Below are positions 63,233 through 64,000 of a stretch of DNA of 64,000 nt, one piece after another (within the stretch, counting starts at the first letter, position 1; each line of letters opens with the position of its first letter). Under the pieces are notes generated by a model. It was not told the origin of the DNA and made no database searches. It saw only the letters and a list, made by a program, of their open reading frames with translations. The stretch spans positions 135,611 to 199,610 of the forward strand of contig JBGAUL010000002.1 in the NCBI GenBank assembly GCA_044228685.1. The letters are read 5' to 3'. The DNA is from Chlorobiota bacterium (GTDB lineage: Bacteria > Bacteroidota > Ignavibacteria > Kapaibacteriales > NICIL-2). The position numbers and the translations under genes were made by a program.

Positions 63233-64000
63233 ATGAACAGAATCCTACAATCCCTCAGCATCAAAGCGAAGCTTCTAACAATCACTGTTGGTTTCAGCAT
63301 AGCTATTTGTACTCTGGTGTACTTCTTCGTGACAGTACGTAATGAGTCCATTGAATTTGCCCGAAAAGAACAGCGAGGCGTTGTTCTCAGTCAGTCGCTC
63401 AACAGTATCCTCAACGAGGCCTGCAAAGCAAGTACTGATGCGATACACAGCGATAAAGCTGTGCTTGAAAACTCTGTTCGTGAATTGAAAAAATTGGCTG
63501 ACGAAGCCAATGATTGTGGAGTGAGTGATAAGATTACAGGTGTTTGCAACCAAGCAACTGCACTCGCTCAGAGCTATGATGCTCAGTCTCGTAAGAATGC
63601 AGCGAAGCAATTGCGCAGCTCTACCCGTGAGTGCATTGCAACTGTTACCGATAACTCAAACCTTACTCTTGATCCTGATTTAGACTCATACTACATCATG
63701 GATTGCGCAAGCGTTCGCATGGCCGACGCTTCGCTCATGAAAGCAACGATTTGTGAGCAGTTGGATGCACTTGCTGCTGAGCCCACCTCGAGCAGTGCGC
63801 GTGAAGATCTCGATTTGAGCGTAGCACGTCTCGCCGACATCGTCGGTGTGGCTGAAGCAGACATGCAAACCGCTATTGCTAAGAATCAAGATGGTTCACT
63901 ACGCAACGCACTCGAGGCAGCGTCTGCGTCGACTATTAGCACTGTTTCAGGATTGAAGTCTATTCGAAAGCTCACAACCCTGGCAGCAGCTGACATCCCG
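63233..64000 (+). CDS. N-terminal part of a membrane sensor (MCP or histidine kinase); continues beyond the window
   Basis: Open frame from the ATG at 63233 to the window end (not in the ORF track because there is no stop). TM helix LLTITVGFSIAICTLVYFFV, then a helical periplasmic domain containing LDPDLDSYYIMD. Confidence 0.5.
   Translation, partial: MNRILQSLSIKAKLLTITVGFSIAICTLVYFFVTVRNESIEFARKEQRGVVLSQSLNSILNEACKASTDAIHSDKAVLENSVRELKKLADEANDCGVSDKITGVCNQATALAQSYDAQSRKNAAKQLRSSTRECIATVTDNSNLTLDPDLDSYYIMDCASVRMADASLMKATICEQLDALAAEPTSSSAREDLDLSVARLADIVGVAEADMQTAIAKNQDGSLRNALEAASASTISTVSGLKSIRKLTTLAAADIP

Noticed and set aside
63275-63889. two minus-strand ORFs (111 aa and 67 aa) near the window end
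   Set aside because: The plus strand here encodes a coherent TM plus sensor-domain protein from the ATG at 63233, and the minus-strand ORFs are its shadows.
1-64000. CRISPR arrays, IS elements, integrases, rRNA operons
   Set aside because: No regularly spaced direct repeats, no transposase or integrase-like ORFs and no rRNA-like segments were seen on either strand.

Overview
This 64 kb window looks like chromosomal DNA from a member of the FCB superphylum (Bacteroidota, Ignavibacteriota or Chlorobiota-like). The evidence is seven proteins ending in type IX secretion (T9SS) C-terminal sorting domains, a PorV/PorQ-like outer-membrane barrel, and an 11-gene nuoABCDHIJKLMN operon that lacks the NADH-oxidising nuoEFG module. 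The phylum call is an inference from gene content.

Layout:
- 0–2.4 kb: a serine-hydrolase fragment, an ArsR(SdpR-like)/SdpI-like pair and a small hypothetical.
- 2.5–13.3 kb, minus strand: a 2x[4Fe-4S] ferredoxin, a conserved hypothetical and nuoN through nuoA.
- 13.5–16.4 kb, plus strand, divergent from nuoA: korAB (2-oxoacid:ferredoxin oxidoreductase).
- 16.5–36.5 kb: mostly accessory or secreted functions (T9SS cargo, GNAT, ABC exporter with a LolA-like partner, esterase, VOC, beta-lactamase-family hydrolase, PorV-like, YitT, TPR, alpha/alpha-toroid repeat protein, SIMPL).
- 36.8–38.6 kb: a second ArsR operon (ArsR–SRPBCC–DoxX–YdeI).
- 38.6–50.7 kb: MFS transporter, methyltransferases, a metzincin T9SS protease, a ~900 aa HYR-domain T9SS surface protein interrupted by one in-frame TAA, plsC and a porin.
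- 50.9–61.8 kb: a chemotaxis locus of three tandem MCP genes followed by cheW, a HEAT-repeat protein, cheR and cheY. The second MCP has a CXXCH DUF3365 sensor and an in-frame TGA; the third has a +1 frameshift.
- 62–64 kb: an outer-membrane barrel and the start of a membrane sensor that continues past the window end.

I did not find rRNA, tRNA, CRISPR arrays, transposases or integrases. All domain and family calls come from reading the translated ORFs for motifs; no database searches were run.
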